A stretch of DNA of 44,155 bases from Chiloscyllium plagiosum (lineage: Eukaryota): positions 4,435,246 through 4,479,400 of the forward strand of contig NC_057751.1 in assembly GCF_004010195.1 (NCBI RefSeq), read 5' to 3'. This document shows positions 9,986 to 22,825 of the stretch, piece by piece. Position 1 is the stretch's first letter. The number at the start of each line of letters is the position of its first letter. Under the pieces are notes generated by a model. It saw nothing but the letters and a program-made list of their open reading frames with translations, ran no database searches and was not told where the DNA came from. The position numbers and the translations under genes are program-made.

Positions 9986-11558
9986 TACAACTCTCAGCAA
10001 ATACTTTGTCTGGTTTATTAACTCATTCACAGCCACTCAATATATATATAACCATAGTCTCTCTCAACTGTGTTCAAATGATGCCAGAGGAATAATTTTA
10101 GAAACAGGACTGGGATCTTTCACACTTAAATCAGATTGCAGTGTCAGTGACTGAAACAGGGGCAATAGGTTGGATGGTTTGAAGGGATCTGGCAACATGG
10201 TAATTGGTATGGGTGATCAAGATAATGCAGACTGGTTGGGTCCAATGGCGAGTTCAAGTTTTTTTAAAATTTTAATTCAACTTAGAGCAAGTTTGGAAAC
10301 TGCATGCATGGTAACACAAAGACCTCAGCACCAAACACACGAGCTGAGGATCAGGTCAGCCCTTGGAAGTTTGCATCTGCACTCACTGATGCTGTCAAAA
10401 AGCAGAATGATTTGTTGTGGAAAGCACTGTTTCAGGAAAGGGGATTCAGACGTTGAGGGATCCATATTCAATCTTTCATTTCAGTTGGTCGCACAGCACT
10501 CAGAGATGACACTCCTTACCCCTCATCCTTAATAATCTCAGTTTACAGTAGACTTGACTTTGGATTCCATATCCCAAGGCAGATAACAAAACTCAAAAAG
10601 GTAACATTGAGCAAAGCTCCAATCCAACCTTTAAACAATTTTGTGAACTTCTCAATACATGAGATCTCTTAATTTGAGAGGGAGAGTTATCAATTAATAA
10701 GTTGGGAAATGCAAAGCTAGAACTGCATTTGATCTCCATCACTTTCTATTTGGAGCTCATTTTTGGAGATATGTTGTTTTGCAGAAATGCACTCTTGTGC
10801 AGAATTGACCGAATTGCCACAGCACATCTGCCATTCTTGAACTCCAGATGGTTTTGGTGGTTTTGTTTTATTTCCTTTCTCAGGAAATAGTAAAAGCATG
10901 TGAAAAACAGAAAGATAAAACAAGGTCCCAAGCCTATTTCAATTTTCCACATCCTCCACATTGCTCCTGAAAAGCACATTCACCCAGCCTCTCAGCTTGC
11001 AGAAATGACAAAATCACTGAGGCAATTCATGGAAAGGGAGCCTTCAGCTAATGAGAAATGACTTCCAAAAGAGAACAATGCTCATGAGGAACATCTCACA
11101 TCCCCCTCATTTACAGAGATACATATACATCAATGGTCATTTTACATCTGCTGCATGAGTCAGCAAGTTGATCCAACCAGTAATAGGTTTCATGGAAAGG
11201 CACTAACAGTATCCAAGTTGGCCCCTTGTGTTTGTAAAGTGTAAACATGTACCATCCCTGTTCCTCAACACACAAGGAAATAACCCGCCCATGTCTACCC
11301 ACACTGCTTACCTTTACTAATTCAATCTTGTCACAAACTCACATTCTTCTCAAGACTACTGATGTATTGCTTTATGACTATCATGATTAGCAAAGGTATT
11401 CACATTGGCTCTTAAACTTCAGTTTTCTGGGAGTTCTCCAACACTTTTCTACATTTGACTTTTGAGTCACCTGAGCTGGACACACTACTTTGGATTTTGA
11501 GATTTAACTGTATCTATCTAATGACCCTTTCATAGTCATCATATTACAAGCATCTTGA

Positions 11559-11670
11559 GGGCTTTTGTGGTGCAGTGGCTATGTTCTCTTCTTGGAGTCA
11601 GGTGAGCCTGGGTTCAAGTCTCATCAACTCTAGTGGTGTATGACAACAGCTGTGAACAAATCGATGAGAA
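11559..11670 (+). mobile_element. Decayed tRNA-derived SINE 5' part
   Basis: A-box-like tggtgcagtgg and B-box-like ggttcaagtc, but no complete cloverleaf. Confidence 0.5.
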
Positions 11671-11709
11671 AATACAGACAAAAAGCACCTGATAATATCT
11701 CCGTACAAT

Positions 11710-11972
11710 ATTTTAACCTCCAAGTAGAACCAAGAGGTTCAAGAACAGCTTCTTCCATGCTATTATCAGACTGCTACAGGAACCTCTGTAACTTCAAATA
11801 ATGTTAATCATGCTTAGTGCACCCCGTGTCCAGTCATAACCTTGCATGCCTTGCTCTGTCAAAGCACCCTATGATCGATATGTCCTTGTTTGCTGTGATT
11901 TGCTTTTATTGCTGCCAAAATAAAGCTTTTCACTGCACTTATTAATATGTAACTACAATAAATCAAATCAAA
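11710..11972 (+). mobile_element. Rex1/Babar-like LINE 3' end
   Basis: Translates RTKRFKNSFFHAIIRLL, the typical C-terminus, and ends in caataaatcaaatcaaa. Confidence 0.6.
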
Positions 11973-12779
11973 ATTGTTGCTAATTTTTAATGTCAATGCA
12001 ACATTAGACTCCCCTTAACCATCAAGAGTGGAGTATCAAAGTAAACGGTTTTAATTTCTGAAATTGCAGACCCAGGTCACCTCAATTTGATTTTAAAAAT
12101 CTTATCTCCCTTAAAATCAGTTCTTCAGCTAATTCACCATGATCAGCTTAAGTGTTAATGACACACAGTATAAGCAGTAACTAGTCACAGGCCCAGGAGT
12201 AAGGACTACTGCAAAGGAGCCATTTAAAATCTTCACCCTACTTGGGGAGCACACGTGAAGGCATACTGGGAAATCTTTTGATTTCTTTGTGAGTTGTTGC
12301 CATTTGACTGACCAAAATATAAAAGCTTTTCAATTCCAAAATTTTCAACAATTTTAGTGCACCAACCTTGTGTCCTCCAACAGCAGCTTACAATGCTTTA
12401 GGATGAACAAATCATTTCTTCTCCAAAGTGTTTCCTTTCAAATTGCAAATGTATTTCCCTTCAAGTCATTAATGAATTTGAACATGACCAGTCAGCCATC
12501 TTGATTTATCACGTGACCTAATCTGATTTAAAAGAGCCAAGCCAGTTTTCACTTGAAATAGTTTGTATGTGTTTCATTTTTGATCTGCAATTGTGCTGAC
12601 CCCAACTAATTGCCCCATTCAGATTTGATTCTGTTAGTTCCTGCAAGTTAAGAACTGGGATTGATTATTCAGGTGTTGCACTGGGACCAAATCTTGAAAT
12701 GATCAAAAAACCTTTGAAATTACAGTGAAACATTTGGTTCTGAGCCTGTGAATCCGGAGCAGAGCTGGTCCATTTGGTG

Positions 12780-13280
12780 TCTTGAGGCTTTTACTGTGAA
12801 TCAATAATATCAGAGATGAGCTGACTGTCACCTCAAATCCACATTCTCACCAAAGCCTGATAAAACTTCACCCCCTCAGGTCAAAACAGTCTATCTACAC
12901 TGCCTTAAATATGCGGAAAAATTTCACTTCCATTGCCTTTTAAGAGAGTTCCAAAGACTCACCACATTCTCAGAGGAATAATTTTGGCTGAGCTCTGTTT
13001 TAAACCGATGACCCCTGATTTTCAAACAGTGAGACCTAGTTTTAGACTCTCCCTCACGAGGAAACATCCTCGCTGCATCCACCCTGACAAGACCAGTTAG
13101 GATTTTGCTCATTTCAATCACGTCACCTCTCACTTTTCTAAATGCCAGCAGAAACAAGCTGAGCCAGTCCAGTAAATCTTCTCCTGCCTTCAACACGTTG
13201 ATAATAACCTTCGTGAAATAAGGTGACCAACAACGTGAATAAGACTCCAAATATGGTATCATCAATTCTTTGTATAACTT
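12780..13280 (-). mobile_element. Old CR1-like LINE 3' fragment
   Basis: ORF 12924-13265 contains RGDVIEMSKILTGLVRVD...KTRSHCLKIRG, a CR1 ORF2 C-terminus. Confidence 0.75.
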
Positions 13281-13699
13281 AAGGACAATTCAAATGAGAT
13301 ACATTACAAACATGCTGCCCCAAATCAGCACCAAACCTACTTCAGTATCACTGTTTTCGTGGAATACTAGCAATAAGATAAAGCAATAGCCTTGTTGGAA
13401 GATGCCTTGTGTTGGCCAGCTGTTCAGATCTGTTTTACTGCAATATGCAATCTCATTTATCTGAGGTGTGATGATACTACAGCTTTATGAGATGTATTTT
13501 ACCCTTTTCAGATGAAGAACGGTTGAGACAGAGGTGTCAAGCAGACTGCTCAAAGACATTAAAGTAAACAGCTTGTACGAACTTTTTTTAAGTTGGAACA
13601 AAAGAAGCAGCCTGGGATAAAGATCCCACAGACTCAGGATTTTAGTTTTAGCATTATGCAGTAGCTGGGGTCGAGAAGCAGGTTTAGTGCTGATTTAGG

Positions 13700-16600
13700 G
13701 CAGAATGGCCCTTTGTAGAGCCTCCCACCCAACCACCTCCTCTAACCTTAAAGACCAGGGACATATCAGGTAAGCGTCTCTTCTTTTTGACTTTGTGACT
13801 AGGGGACTAGCAGGGATGGCAGTTCAGGGAGAACAATGTTCCTCCTGCATGATGTTTGAGGTGAGGAACGCCATTAGTGTCCCATCCAAGTACATCTGCA
13901 GGAAGTGCACCCAACTCTCACTCTTCCAAGACCGTGTTAGGGAACTGGTGTGGGAGCTGGATGAAATTTGGATCATTTGGGAGGCAGAGGCTGTGATAGA
14001 AAGGAGTTACGGGGAAGTAGTTACTCCGAGGCATGAATAAAGCTGGGTGACTGTTCGAAGGGGGAGAAAACAGTCAGTGGAGGGATCCCCTGTGGTTGTT
14101 CCCCTGAAAAACATGTATACCGTTTTGGATACTGCTGAGGACGATGACTTACCAGGGGTATGCAGTGGCACAGAGCCCGTCCCCGTTGCACAGAAGGGAC
14201 AGTGGAGGGATCCCCTGTGGTTGTTCCCCTGAAAACCATGTATACCGTTTTGGATACTGTTGAGGACGATGACTTACCAGGGGTATGCAGTGGCACAGAG
14301 CCCGTCCCCGTTGCACAGAAGGGAAGGAGGGAAAGGAGGAGAGTGTTAGTCATTGGGGACTCGATAGTTAGAGGCTCAGATAGAAGGTTTGTAGGGAATG
14401 AACAAGACTCGCGGTTGGTGTGTAGCCTCCCAGGTGCCAGGGTCCGTGATGTCTCGGATCATATCTTTGGGATCCAGAAGGGTGACCAGCCTCAAGTCGT
14501 TGTCCATGTAGGTACCAACGACATAGGTAGAATGATGGATAGGGATATAAGGCAGGATTTCAGGGAGTTAGGGTGGAAGCTGAGAGCGAGAACAAACAGA
14601 GTTGTTATCTCTGGTTTGTTACCCGTGCCACGTGATAGCGAGGCAAGGAATAGGGAGAGATATCAGCTAAACATGTGGCTACAAGGATGGTGCAGGAGGG
14701 AGAGTTTCAGGTTCTTGGATAATTGGGGCTCATTCTGGGGAAGGTGGGACTTGTACAAACAGGACGGTCTTCACTTGAACCAGAGGGGTACTAATATCCT
14801 GGGTGGGAAAATTGCTGGTGGTATTCGGGTAGGTTTAAAGTAGCTCAGCAGGGGGATGGGAACTGGAAGTGTTGCTGCATTGCACAGGAGGATGAGAGTA
14901 GGGAGGACAGGGACAGGATTTCAGGATCACAGGAATGTGCTGGCAGACAGTGAAGTGTTTTGAAGTGTGTCTACTTCAATTCCAGGAGTATCTGAAGTAA
15001 GGTAGGTGAGCTTGCAGCATGGATAGGTATCTGGGACCTCAATGTTGTGGCCATTTCAGAGACATGGATAGAGCAGGGTGAGGAATAGATGTTGCAGGTT
15101 CCAGGGTTTAGATCTTTCATTAAGAACAGGCAAGGCGGTAAAAGAGTGGGGGGGGGGGGGGGGGGGCATGGCCTTGTTAGTCAAGGATAGTATAACGGTG
15201 GCTGAGAAAACTTTTGATGAGGACTTGTCTACTGACGTAGTGTGGGCTGAGATTAGAGACAGGAGAGGAGAGGTCACACTGCTTGGAGTTTTTTATAGGC
15301 CTCCACAGAGTTCCAGGGAGGTGGAAGAGAGGATTAGCAAAATTATTCTGGGTAGGAGTGAAAGGAACAGGGTGGACATTATGGAGGACTTTAACTTTCC
15401 CAACATTGACTGGAAATGTTACAGCTCGAGTACGTCGGATGGATCAGTTTTTGTCCACTGTGTACAGGAGGGTTTCCTGACACAGAATGTCGAAGGGCCG
15501 ACAAGAGGGGAGGCCACACTGGATCTGGTGCTTGGTAATGAACCAGGCCAGGTGTTTAATTTAGTTGTAGGTGAGCACTTTGGATAGAGTGACCATAATT
15601 TAGTTACGGTTATTTTAGCGATGGAAAGGGATAGGTACATGCCACAGGCCAAGACTTATTGATGGGGCAAGGGCAATTATAATACGATTAGGAAAGAATT
15701 AGGATGCATAGAATGGGGCAGCAAAATGCAGGGGATGCAGACAATGGAAATGTGGAGCTGGTTTAAGGAACTGATATTGCGTGTCCTTGATAGGTATGTC
15801 CCTGTCAGGCAGGGAGGAAGTGATAAGGTAAGGGAACTGTGGTTTACTCGAGAAATTGCATCTGTTGTTAAGCAGAAGAAGGAGGCTTATGTGNNNNNNN
15901 NNNNNNNNNNNNNNNNNNNNNNNGTCTTTAGCAAATAGAATAAAGGAGAACCCTAAAGCTTTCCATAGGTATGTAAGGAATAAAAGGATCAATAGGGCCA
16001 GTCAAAAACAGTGGGAAGTTGAGTGTGGACCCTGTGGAAATTGGAGAGGGTGCTAAATGAACATTTCTCACAGTTTTCACTCAGGAAAAGGAGAATATTG
16101 TAGAGGAGAAGAATGAGGTACGAGATATTAGACAAGAAAGGATCAAGGTTAGTTACGAACAGGTATTATTAATTCAAGAAGGAGGGAAGGTAGACAAGTC
16201 CTCTGGGCTGGATGGGATTTATCCAAGGATTCTCTGGGAAGCTAGGGATGAAACAGCAGAGCCTTTGGCTTTGATATTTGAGTCGTCATTGTCTACAGAT
16301 TTGGTACCAGAGGACTGGAGGATTGCAAATGTTGTGCCCTTGTTCATGAAGGGCAGTAGAGATGATCCAGGTCAGTATAGACCAGTGGGCCTTACTTCTG
16401 TTGTAGGAAAGGTTTTGGAAAGGATTATAAGAGATAAGATTTGTAATCATCTAGCAAGCAAAATTTGATTTCAGATAGTCAACATGGTTTCGTCAAAGGC
16501 AGGTTGAGTCTCACAAACCTCATTGATTATTTTGAGAAGGTGACAAAGCAAGTAGATGAGGGTAGGGCAGTTGACGTGCTATACATGGACTTCAGTAAAG

Positions 16601-17384
16601 CCTTTGATAAGGTTCCACATGGTAGGCTGTTGGAGAAAATGCAGAGGCATGGAATTGACGGTGATTTAGCAGTTTGGGTTAGAAACTGACTTTCTGTAAG
16701 AAGACAGCGAATGGTGGTTGATGGAAAATATTCAGCCTGGAGTCCAGTTACTAGTGGTGAGCCACAAGGATCTGTTTTGGTACTACTGCTGTTTGTCATT
16801 TAAGTTCCGGAGCTGCAACATCATGATGCAACTATACAAAATGCTGGTGCGGCCACACTTGGAATATTGTGTACAGTTCTGGTCTCCATATTTCGGGAAG
16901 GATGTGGAAGCATTGGAAAAGGTGCAGAGGAGATTTACCAGGATGTTGTCTGGTCTGGAGGGAAGGTCTTATGAGGAAAGGCTGAGAGACTTGAACCTGT
17001 TCTCATTGGAAAGAAGAAGGCTAAGAGGGGATTTGATAGAGACATACAAGATGATCAGAGGATTAGATAGGGTAGACAGTGAAAGTCTTTTTCCTAGGAT
17101 GATGACGTCAGCGTGTACGAGGGGGCATAACTACAAATTGAGGGGTGATAGATTTAAGACAGATGTCAGAGGCAGATTCTTTATGCAGAGAGTGGTAAGG
17201 GCGTGGAACGCCCTACCTGCTAATGTAGTCAACTCAGCCACATTAGGGAGATTTACACAATCCTTAGATAAGCACATGGATGATTTTGGGATAGTGTAGG
17301 GGGATGAGCTGAGAATAGTTCACAGGTTGGCGCAACATTGAGGGCCAAAGGGCCTGTTCTGCGTTGTATTGCTCTATGTTCTAT
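13700..17384 (+). mobile_element. Near full-length, inactivated CR1-clade LINE (ORF1 zinc finger/leucine zipper plus SGNH esterase; ORF2 APE endonuclease plus RT)
   Basis: ORF1 has CSSC...CRKC, VIGDSIVRG, VHVGTND and DGLHLN. ORF2 has FYRPP, DFNFPNIDW, LDLVLGN, QHGFVKG, YMDFSKAFDKVPH and RPHLEYCVQFWSP. It carries many stops and frameshifts and has a ctatgttctat tail. Confidence 0.95.
14075..14324 (+). repeat. Tandem duplication, 2 x 125 bp, inside CR1 ORF1
   Basis: 14075-14199 and 14200-14324 differ at two positions. Confidence 0.95.
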
Positions 17385-17910
17385 ATTTGTAATGTATCCC
17401 ATTTGAATTGCGGAAGCTCTTATTCATCTTGGTGTTACAGCTAAAAGCTGGGGTGTGTCCTCCCCCTGCTAGAATTATATGTGAGACAGTCTATTTTACT
17501 GAACTTGCTTTTGCCAAGGGTGTGTTTATGGAAAATTACCATATTGGAACAGTTAATTAGTAGTCGTTAATATATCTATTATTTTGTTAAGCATTTTGAT
17601 GGCTACAGTTAAGGCAATTTTATTTGTTTATTTTTATTTTGTCTGTATTTTAACCAGAGTATAAAATAAAGTGTATCAAGTTGTTTTTCCCCGAATTGCA
17701 TCTGGAATGCAATGTCTGACACTTACCTTTAAAATAAGAAGTAGTTAGGGTCAATATTATCTTCATCATTTATTTTGAGGGGCTTTGGACTGGTCCCTGA
17801 CAGAGGAATTGGTTTCAGTTCTGTGATACTGTGCTTTGTCTCTTTTTGGTGATCTTGTTTTTCTTAACTCTTTAGTGTCCTGATTAGACATTCACTTTTC
17901 TCACCCTGTT

Positions 17911-19235
17911 CATGTACCATTATCCCAAACGTAAGCACCCCACCACTATCTGGACAAAGAAAAATGGCATCGACATCAGGAACCCATTCTGGGCTAAGAC
18001 TGGTGCACCGATTGTGTCATTGGTTCCAATGTGGACAATTACCTCTTGCTGGTCCCTCTCCCCCGTGAGAACATTCTGCACCCTCTCTGAGACATCCTTG
18101 ATCCTGGCACTAGGGAAGCAACACACCATTCTGCTTTTTTGCTGTTAGCCACAGAAACGTCTGTCTGTATCTTGAACTAGAGATTCCCCGAACAAAATTG
18201 ATCTCTTGGAACCCGATGTACCCCTCGTTACATTAGAGCCAGTTTCAATACCAGAAACTTGGCTGTTTGTGCTACGTTTCCCTGAGAATCCATCACCCCC
18301 TACATTTTCCAAAACAGCATATCTGTTTGAAATGGTTATATCCACAAAAGATTCCTGCACTAGGTGCCTATCTCTCTCACTCTTCCTGGAGTTAACCCAT
18401 CTATGTGACTGTATCTGAGACTTTCTATAACTGCCATCCTATAACTGCCATCCATTCCATACTATTGCTGTTGCAAATTCCTCATCACTTCTAACTGTCT
18501 CTCCAACCGATCCATTTGATCTGATAAGATTCACAACCACCAGTATTTATGGCAGATATAATCTGCAGTAACCCTTAAGCTCTTTTTAAACTCCCACATC
18601 TGACAAGAAGTACATATCATTGCAAAGGCCATTCTTGCTCCCTCACAATCTACAGACCCAGAAAATAACACAGTCTTATTCCTCTACAAATACTGCCCCA
18701 GGTTAAATTAATAGTTATGGCTTATATTTCAAGTTTAATAAAGAGACATATCTCCAAAAACATATAATCAAGAAAGAACCCACTCTACTCACTACTACAG
18801 ATTCTCTGTAGGCCACACTTAAAACAACGATTAACTTATCTGATTCTGTGCTGTGAACTTCGCCCAACAGTTCCTCCAAGATCAGTTGTGAATTTCACTG
18901 TTTGTTAATTTTCCCAGATGCACTCCGATGTCCAACGACACATTAATTCAAACAGCAAAGGCAGTAACTGTGCAGGTTCTCTCTCTCTCTCTCTCTCTCT
19001 GTCCTGCACTGACCTCACCATGTGCTTCCTTTGTCTGCTCTTCTCCCTTTTAAAACTGCTGTTGTTTTGACTTATTTTTTCCGAAGTTCCAAAACAGTGC
19101 AACAGCATTTAAAACAGTAATTGCTGCTCCTGTAATTTGAGGAAATCACCTCCAGCATCTAAAATACCTCAAAAAAGGAGCAGCTCTTACAGCCAGAAAT
19201 TTTTCCCGTCCTCCATCTTGGATTACCCAGAATCC
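17911..19235 (-). mobile_element. 5' half of a second CR1 family member (5' UTR plus decayed esterase ORF1), 3'-truncated
   Basis: Minus-strand fragments SNRYAVL, ILFGESLVQDTDRRFCG and VCCFPSARIKDVSERVQNVL...VIVHIGTND are homologous to ORF1 at 14160-14843. Confidence 0.8.
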
Positions 19236-19469
19236 TTGCTGTTAAAAACAACTAGCAAAGTTAGGTCCAGGTTACTTTCTTGAAATGTTTCGAGGGGTTC
19301 TGGCCTGGTCCATAACAATTATTTTAATGGATCTTAATTCAACAACTTCAACACTATTTTTTTTCATGATACCTAATACAGTGTTTTGCAAGTGGTGATT
19401 GGAAAGCAAGTATTTACAAGACCATTATTTATAAGTCATGATCGTCTGTGAGATTAAACTCTGAACTTC

Positions 19470-19900
19470 ATGCCTGGGCTCACTGAATGACATTTACCCC
19501 CTACTCCAGCAATATTTGGATTTCTAAACTCACATCTCTGTGCTCAAATCCCTTCAATGCCTCACCTTCTCTCTATCTCTGCAACCTGTTTCAGTCTCAG
19601 AATTCTGTTTTGTCCAACTCAAGCCTCTTGTGCTTTCCCAGTGTCCATTTCACCACCAGTGGAGGTCATGCCATCATTTTGTTATGCCCTAAACCAATTC
19701 CCTATAAGTAACCCTCTCCTAAACTCATTGTGTCCACATACATTTTTCCATCTTTAAGGAGTTTGATGAAGTCTTCTCTTTCACCAAACTTCTCATCATT
19801 TGTCCAAATGTCACTTTTTATCTGGTGAAGTGACACACTTTATTGGAAACGACCCTTGTGAAACACTGTGGAACAGTTTGTTACATTCAGAGTAGAAAAT
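19470..19900 (+). mobile_element. Old L2-like LINE 3' end
   Basis: caaatcccttcaatgcctcaccttctctctatctctgcaacct...cttgtgaaacactgtggaacagtttgttacatt resembles L2 3' ends (recognition only). Confidence 0.5.
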
Positions 19901-19960
19901 TAATCTTGGTGTTTATTTAAACACAGCAATAATTAGGATGAGATGAAGTACAGTCTAAAA

Positions 19961-20257
19961 GATTAGATTAGATTATCTACAGTGTGAAACAGGCCCTCCA
20001 GCCCAACCAACCTTCCAAAGAGTAACGCACCCAGACTCATTTCTCTCTGACTAATGCACCTAATCCTATGGGCAATTTAGCATGGCCAATTCATCAGACT
20101 TGCACATCTTTTGGACTGTGGGAGAAAAATCAGAGCATCTGGAGAAAACCCACGCAGACACAAGGACAATGTGCAAACTCCACACAAACAGTCACCCAAG
20201 GCTGGAATCAAACCTGGGATCCTTGTGCTGTAAGGCAGCAATGCTAAGCACTGTGCG
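19961..20257 (-). mobile_element. HE1-like V-SINE, near full length
   Basis: On the minus strand: tRNA head, V-domain (gtgtggagtttgcacatt...gtctgcgtgggttt), CR1-like tail and (gatta)n end. Confidence 0.9.
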
Positions 20258-21649
20258 ATCGATTTGATCAGCTCATGTACCAACACAGAAACTGTAAAAT
20301 GCTGTTTCAAATTATCAAACAGGTTAATAGATTTGGCAACAAGTTTCACTTAGTCTCATTTGTGTATAATATCATATCATCTATTAATCATAAGTACATA
20401 ATACAATATAATATTCATATGTAAATATTTATATTTATGTTATATTTATATCAATGTATCTTGTTCAGTATGCTGCTGGTAACTCTATTCCTTCATACAC
20501 ACCACCTTCTCCTCCCAAGCAGTTAACTTTACTGTCAGAGCCAGCAGACACCGAAGTGGTGGATAAGCAGTTGTGATCTCAGCATCTCTTTGTTCTTCTG
20601 ACAGCTGCTCCTTTTTGTGTGAAAGGAATGTGAGCTTGCATACAAGTAGTACATCAGATTACTGAGATGTGCAGCTCAGAAACAAGCCATCTGGCACAAC
20701 AAGTCAATGTTCCAACACTTTGTCAATGAACACAATCAATGCACCCTTTTATCCTTTCTCCTTTTTGTTTGCATCTAGCTGTGGGTGCACAGAGAGAGAT
20801 TTCAGAGACAGAAGGATCTTTTACTGAAGTTTGCAACTCTTCTGGATTCACTGGAAAAAACCTGAACTGGGAGAACTGGTCACTCCATTTCAATTGTTCA
20901 ATTAGACAAGGAGAAAATAACCTTTTTAAAGTCACAGCATTGTCAGTGTGTGTGTACCTGCCTTCTGAAGGGGATAGAATGATTGTGAATGCAGTGAGTA
21001 ATCAATATATGTGTAAGGCGGTATATTTTTTGAAAGGGTAATTGTTGTACTGCTTTGACCCTGGCCTCCGATCTCGTTTATCTGAATGATTCAAAAATGC
21101 ATCCAAGCACAGCACAGCACTGAAATGTTTCCATGTCAAGGGTGTGCAATGAACTCCGCTACCCCCGCCCCTCTGTATTTTTGCACACTGCGGGATTGTA
21201 ATCAGATCCTGTTCATTATGGGAGATGGAAGTGTTCGTGCTGAGGGAATGGGAGCAATTGTTAACAAAGCTGAATGACTGACTGAGTGAAAACAAAAAAA
21301 CACTGATGAAAGCTATGGTGCAGTCTGCCCATTCCCATTGACAATTCTGTCCTGCCATCCCCAGAGATAATTCCACAAAGCAGGAAACTGGTGGGATTGG
21401 GGTGATTGTGAGCAGCTCACAGTCAGGTTCAGACGGTTTCCATGATGGGGACTTTCTCATCTTTTCCAGCCCATTCCTTTAAACAGACCTACCCTCCTGC
21501 CCCAGGCAGTGGCTGCTCAGCTCTGGTGGGGAGAGTCCCCAAATGTACGGGGATTCAAGGGCAGTCCTGGTCAATGCTGTGAGCATCCAGGCCAGAATAA
21601 TGGGTAGCTTCAGCTGGTGATGTCAACAGCGTGGGTTCAAATCCCATAA

Positions 21650-22325
21650 ACAGGGTTGGAGGATTTGAGCGAAAGGGAGTTGCTGAATAGGCTGGGGCTG
21701 TTTTCCCTGGAGCAACGAAGGCTGAGGGGTGACCTTATAGAGGTTTACAAAATCATGAGGGGAATGGATAGGATAAATAGACAAAGTCTTTTCCCTGGGG
21801 TGGGGGAGTCCAGAACTGGAGGGCATAGGTTTAGGGTGAGAGGGGAAAGATTTTAAAGGGACCTAAGAGGTAACTTTATCACACAGAGGCTGGTACGTGT
21901 AAGGAATGAGCTGCCAGAGGAAGTGGTGGAGGCTGGTACAATGACAGGTTTTCCCCCATTATCTGAAAGTAGAGCATTCCTGTGAAACCATTCGTAAGCC
22001 AAAATAACAGAAAGTGAACAAGCATTAGTTTATATGCGAAAAATGTCACCCTTTCTCATCAAAGCAATAATCGTCTTCGGATTTCTTTCAGTTAGCAAAA
22101 ACAGATACTAACGTAAGCCTTTCATAAAAGTGAACTGGTGGAAAGCAAACAAAAGAAAGTGAGGAATACCTGTACAACATTTAAAAGGCACCTGGATGGG
22201 TATATGAATAGGAATACGGGCCAAGTGTTGGCAAAGGGAACTAGATTAGGTTAGGATATCTGATCAGCATGGATGAGTTGGACGGGAGGGTGTGTTTCCA
22301 TGCTATACATCTCCTTGACTGTATA
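21650..22325 (+). mobile_element. CR1/HER1-like 3' fragment carrying an internal MITE
   Basis: ERELLNRLGLFSLEQRRLRGDLIEVYKIMRG. Colinear with 39843-40295 except for the insert at 21945-22172. Confidence 0.9.
21945..22172. mobile_element. Tc1/mariner (Tigger/pogo-like) MITE, 228 bp
   Basis: Imperfect terminal inverted repeats CAGGTTTTCCCC / GAGGAATACCTG. Inserted at the TA of the CR1 sequence ggtacaatTAcaacattt; the right TA is retained and the left reads GA. Confidence 0.75.
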
Positions 22326-22734
22326 GTTGCTAATACAGTGAATAAACCAGCTTGCCTGAAGAAATGGTGGCCCTCAAGTTAAACTCATCATCTCCCTCCC
22401 CCTCTGCAAGGGGGGGGGGGTTGGTGCTATATCTTTAGCTTTACCTTTCGGACAGAACTTTCTGTCTGTCCACGTCACTTACCCTGGCTCTGAGGGAAAT
22501 CTCTGCTGCCCACATTCTAACTGGCATCCCCAGCCCTATTCACCAACACAGCCCTGTGATTTTGCTGAGTCACGTTGGCTCCCTGACCAACTTGTGAACC
22601 ATCTGATGCACTTCTTCCGTGTGAAACAACTCACAATTCTGTTCACATCAGGGTGCCCTTGGCTACACTGTGAGGCAGATACTGAATGCTGGCTCTTCCT
22701 CCCAGAAACTCCCAGGCTCTCTTTCCAGCCAAAA

Positions 22735-22825
22735 GTGGGGAGTTCAGATGCTGGAGATTAGAGTTGAGCAGATCATGCAGGAGCAGGAGAATTGACATTT
22801 CAGGCAATTGCCCTTCATCAGTATT
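22735..22825 (-). mobile_element. Penelope-derived arm with hammerhead-like motif
   Basis: Minus strand 22825-22790: AATA-CTGATGA-A-GGGC-AATT-GCCT-GAAA-TG-TC-AATT. Confidence 0.75.

Larger units (their letters stand above)
13467..17802 (+). mobile_element. Solo LTR (about 13467-13700 plus 17385-17802) split by a CR1 insertion
   Basis: Starts TGTGA and ends TGACA. Flanked by the 4-bp direct repeat GAGG (13463-13466, 17803-17806). AATAAA at about 17665. Confidence 0.6.

Noticed and set aside
17822..19317. Possible second complete solo LTR (TGTGAT...TAACA)
   Set aside because: The 3' end resembles the first LTR, but the flanks (gttc versus atta) give no TSD, so the 5' boundary is unsupported.
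11559..20257. tRNA-like A/B boxes (11559-11620, 20190-20257)
   Set aside because: These are SINE heads without a full cloverleaf; no tRNA gene is called.
21303..21309. Isolated CTGATGA
   Set aside because: No helix II followed by GAAA and no Penelope tail; chance match.
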